From an uncultured Alphaproteobacteria bacterium (GTDB taxonomy: Bacteria > Pseudomonadota > Alphaproteobacteria > Micropepsales > Micropepsaceae): 64,000 nt of DNA. Of the stretch, positions 61,001-64,000 are shown in pieces; positions within the stretch are counted from its first letter, which is position 1; each line of letters starts with the position of its first letter. The position numbers and the translations under genes were made by a program. The stretch is from assembly GCA_963743765.1 (NCBI GenBank), contig CAVUQQ010000004.1, forward strand, positions 389,632 to 453,631, written 5' to 3'. The notes under the pieces are model-generated. The model was not told the origin of the DNA, made no database searches, and worked only from the letters and a program-made list of their open reading frames with translations.

Positions 61001-64000
61001 CCTGCTCTGGATACTCTCCCCGCTCGTCGCACAGCGGGCGAGCCAACCGCCGCCATCGCTGGGACATCTCTCGATTGCGCCGCAGGAAGCGCGCTATTTG
61101 CGCCTTGCCGCGCGGCGCACCTGGCGGTTCTTCGAAAAGTTCGTCAACGAGGACGAAAATTGGCTTCCACCAGACAATTTTCAGGAAGAGCCGGAGCCTA
61201 TCATCGCGCACCGGACGTCGCCGACCAATATCGGATTGTACCTGCTGTCCGTCGTTGCAGCCCGCGATTTTGGCTGGATAGGCACGCTCGATGCCATCGA
61301 GCGGCTGGAGCAAACCATGGCAACGCTCGACAAGCTCGAGCGCCACAGAGGCCATATCTTCAATTGGTACGATACGCGCGACCTGCGCTCGCTCGAGCCG
61401 AAGTATATTTCCACGGTCGACAGCGGCAATCTCGCGGGTCATCTGATCGCGCTCTCCAATGCCTGCCGCCAATTTTCGTCGGGCCCTATCCTTCATCCAG
61501 CGTGGAAGACCGGTGTGCAGGACGAACTGGATCTCGTTCGCGAGCATGCCCGGCTCGCCTTTGGCGAACACAATGCGCGCGACAAGAGCTACGTTCTGAT
61601 CGTGGCCGCCATCGACGGCTTTGCGCGCGCGCTCGAGCAAGATGCAACCTCGCTGCCGGGGCTGGCGGACTTGCTGCGCGAACTGGAAGAAAAAACCGAA
61701 AGCCTCAAGAAGATCGTCGCACATGAATCGGATATTGCCACCCACTCGACGAAGGGCATTTCGGACCTGATCGGCTGGACGACGGCGCTGAAGAATTCGG
61801 TTCAGTCCCACAGGAAAGATATCGCCTTCCTTGCGCCATGGGCCGTTCGCGGTGAGACGATGGTCGGCCGTCACGAGGCGGCAGTGGCGTTTCAGACCAT
61901 TCCGTCAATTGCAGAACTTCGCGCTCCCGAACGGCGAATCCATTGCCACCTTCAAACACGCCGCGGCGGCAAAGAATGAGGCGAGCCCGGCGGACCAGGC
62001 CCTGCAACAATCCGGCTGGGCAGCGACGCGACTGCACCACCGTTGCACGGCGCTTGCCGATCGCGCGTCGGCTTCGTTCGACGCCATCGAATTTGGATTC
62101 CTTTTGGATCAGGACCGGCAACTCTTCTCGATTGGATATCGCAGCGCGGATGCCGGTCTGGATCCGAACTTCTACGATTTGCTGGCGTCTGAAGCCCGGC
62201 TTGCCAGTTTCATCGCAATTGCGAAGGGCGACGTTCCCGCCAAGCATTGGTTTCACCTCGGCCGTACGCTGACACCCTTGCCCGGCGGCTCTGCGCTGAT
62301 CTCCTGGTCGGGATCGATGTTCGAATATCTCATGCCGTCATTGGTCATGCGCGCACCCGGAGGCAGCCTGCTCGCGGAGACCAATCGGCTGATCGTGCGC
62401 CGGCAGGAAGCCTATGGCACCGAACGGGGCGTGCCCTGGGGCGTATCCGAATCCGCCTACGCCGCGCGAGACATCGAACGGACCTATCAATATTCCAGCT
62501 TCGGCGTGCCCGACCTCGGTTACAAACGCGGCCTTGGCGAGAATGTCGTGATTGCGCCTTACGCCAGTGCTCTCGCGGCGATGATCGATCCGGCCGCATC
62601 GGTGCACAATCTGCGCCGGCTTGCCGACGCCGGCGGCCGCGGAGCGTACGGCTGGTTCGAAGCACTCGACTACACGCCTTCAAGACTGCCCGACGGCGCC
62701 GATGTTGCAGTCGTGCGGTGTTATATGGCGCATCACCAGGCCATGACGCTTTTGGCGGTAGCCAACGCGCTTCATGACGGCGAGATGCGAGCACGGTTTC
62801 ATGCCGAACCGATCATTCAAGCAGCCGAGCTTTTGCTGCAGGAGCGCATGCCGCGCGATGTGGCAGTCGCAAGGCCGCCTCCGGAACAGGTCGCCGAAAC
62901 CGTCGCAGTCGGCAGTCTGATACCGGAAATCCAGCGCCGGTATACGTCGGCCTACAGCCGGTTGCCGCGCACGCATCTGCTGTCCAACGGCAGTTATTCC
63001 GCGATGGTGACAGCGGCGGGGTCCGGTTACAGCCGCTGGCGCGATATCGCCATCACGCGCTGGCGCGAGGATGTCACGTGCGACAATTGGGGTAACTATT
63101 GTTTTGTGCGCGATGTTCAAAGCGGCGATGTCTGGTCGGCCGGCTATCAACCCACCATCGCCGAACCCGATCGCTACACGGCAAGTTTTACCGAAGACCA
63201 TGCCGAGATCGTGCGACGCGACGGTGCAATCACCACCGCGCTTACCGTCGCCATCTCACCCGAAGACGATGCCGAAGTCCGTCGTGTCTCGATCACAAAT
63301 CACGGAACACGCGCGCGCGAGATCGAATTGACTTCCTACAGCGAACTTTCGCTGGCCCGGCAATCGGACGACATGGCACATCCGGCCTTTGCCAAGCTGT
63401 TTGTCCAGACAGAGTTTGTTCCACACCTTGGCGCACTACTGGCGACTCGGCGGAGGCGCTCGGAGAACGATCCGATGGTCTGGGCCGCACACCTGGCCAT
63501 CGTCGACGGAGCAAGTCAGGGCGACCTTCAATTCGAAACCGACCGGGCCCGTTTCATTGGGCGGGGGCAGAGTATCCGCAACTCCGTCGCCATCGCCGAA
63601 GGCTGGCCACTCTCCAATACTGCCGGCCCGATACTTGATCCCATCTTCAGTCTGCGCCGGCGCATCAGCGTGCCTCGCGGGGCAACTGTCCATGTGTCAT
63701 TCTGGACATTGGTCGCGGCGAGCCGCGATGACGTGCTGGAGCTTGTAGAAAAACATCAGGACGAGGCCGCGTTCGAGCGCGCCATGACTCTGGCCTGGAC
63801 GCAGTCCCAGATGCAGCTTCATCACCTGGGCATTTCCGTCAACGAAGCCCATCTCTATCAGCGCCTGGCAAACCATGTTCTTTATTCCGACAGCACATTG
63901 CGGCCGTCTTCCGATCTTCTGAAGCGCGGTGCGCGCAAGGCCTCCACGCTCTGGCCTCACGGCATTTCCGGCGACCTTCCGATCGTGCTCGTACGGATCG
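58077..64000 (+). CDS. ndvB: cyclic beta-1,2-glucan synthase (NdvB/ChvB/Cgs), runs off the window; one frameshift near 61920
   Basis: EWLLDNYH, LTIGELWA, WERKRGKL, ITLDADT, GKGIYD, SHDLLEG, RWVRGDWQ, RTSPTNIG; after shift YDLLASEAR, SWSGSMFEYLMP, WGVSES, YMAHHQ, LLSNG.Y, HPAFAKLF. Confidence 0.93.

Overview
High-GC alphaproteobacterial chromosome segment. The gene order and a PEP-CTERM-type tail suggest a Micropepsales/Rhizomicrobium-like organism (inference). Several essential genes carry clustered frameshifts (fabG, fabD, radA, mlaF, guaA, ndvB), most simply explained as uncorrected long-read indel errors. Bases 1-26000 are housekeeping: gmk, yicC, mltG, fabF-acpP-fabG-fabD, rpsF-rpsR-rplI, panB-yfgM-bamB-der and dnaB-alr-mlaEF-radA-cvpA-purF. 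Bases ~26000-31500 form an accessory patch ending at the guaA 3' end. It holds an unknown two-gene module with a GAPxGNRNAxKHG motif, a PEP-CTERM remnant, a DUF4242-adenylate cyclase fusion, OsmC, a CAAX protease with TetR, and a truncated Lit/U49-like peptidase. Bases 31500-39300 hold guaA, rsmB-like, a ZIP transporter, guaB, DUF992, rlmE, ppx and tRNA-Gln(TTG). From the tRNA (its 3' end is duplicated ~200 bp downstream) to the window end lies a large accessory region. Its most striking content is a physically clustered general-stress-response system: phyR-nepR-ecfG, two HisKA_2 kinases and a single-domain receiver. Seven GGAAC-N16-CGTT-type promoters precede these regulators and candidate targets: a cyclic beta-1,2-glucan synthase, a second DUF992, a glycine-zipper protein and a secreted DUF6600/Pro-repeat protein. 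The same region also has a TetR/GST/PNPOx detox cluster with a shared operator-like motif, a collapsed nitrile-hydratase remnant, an IS6 remnant and arsR-arsI.
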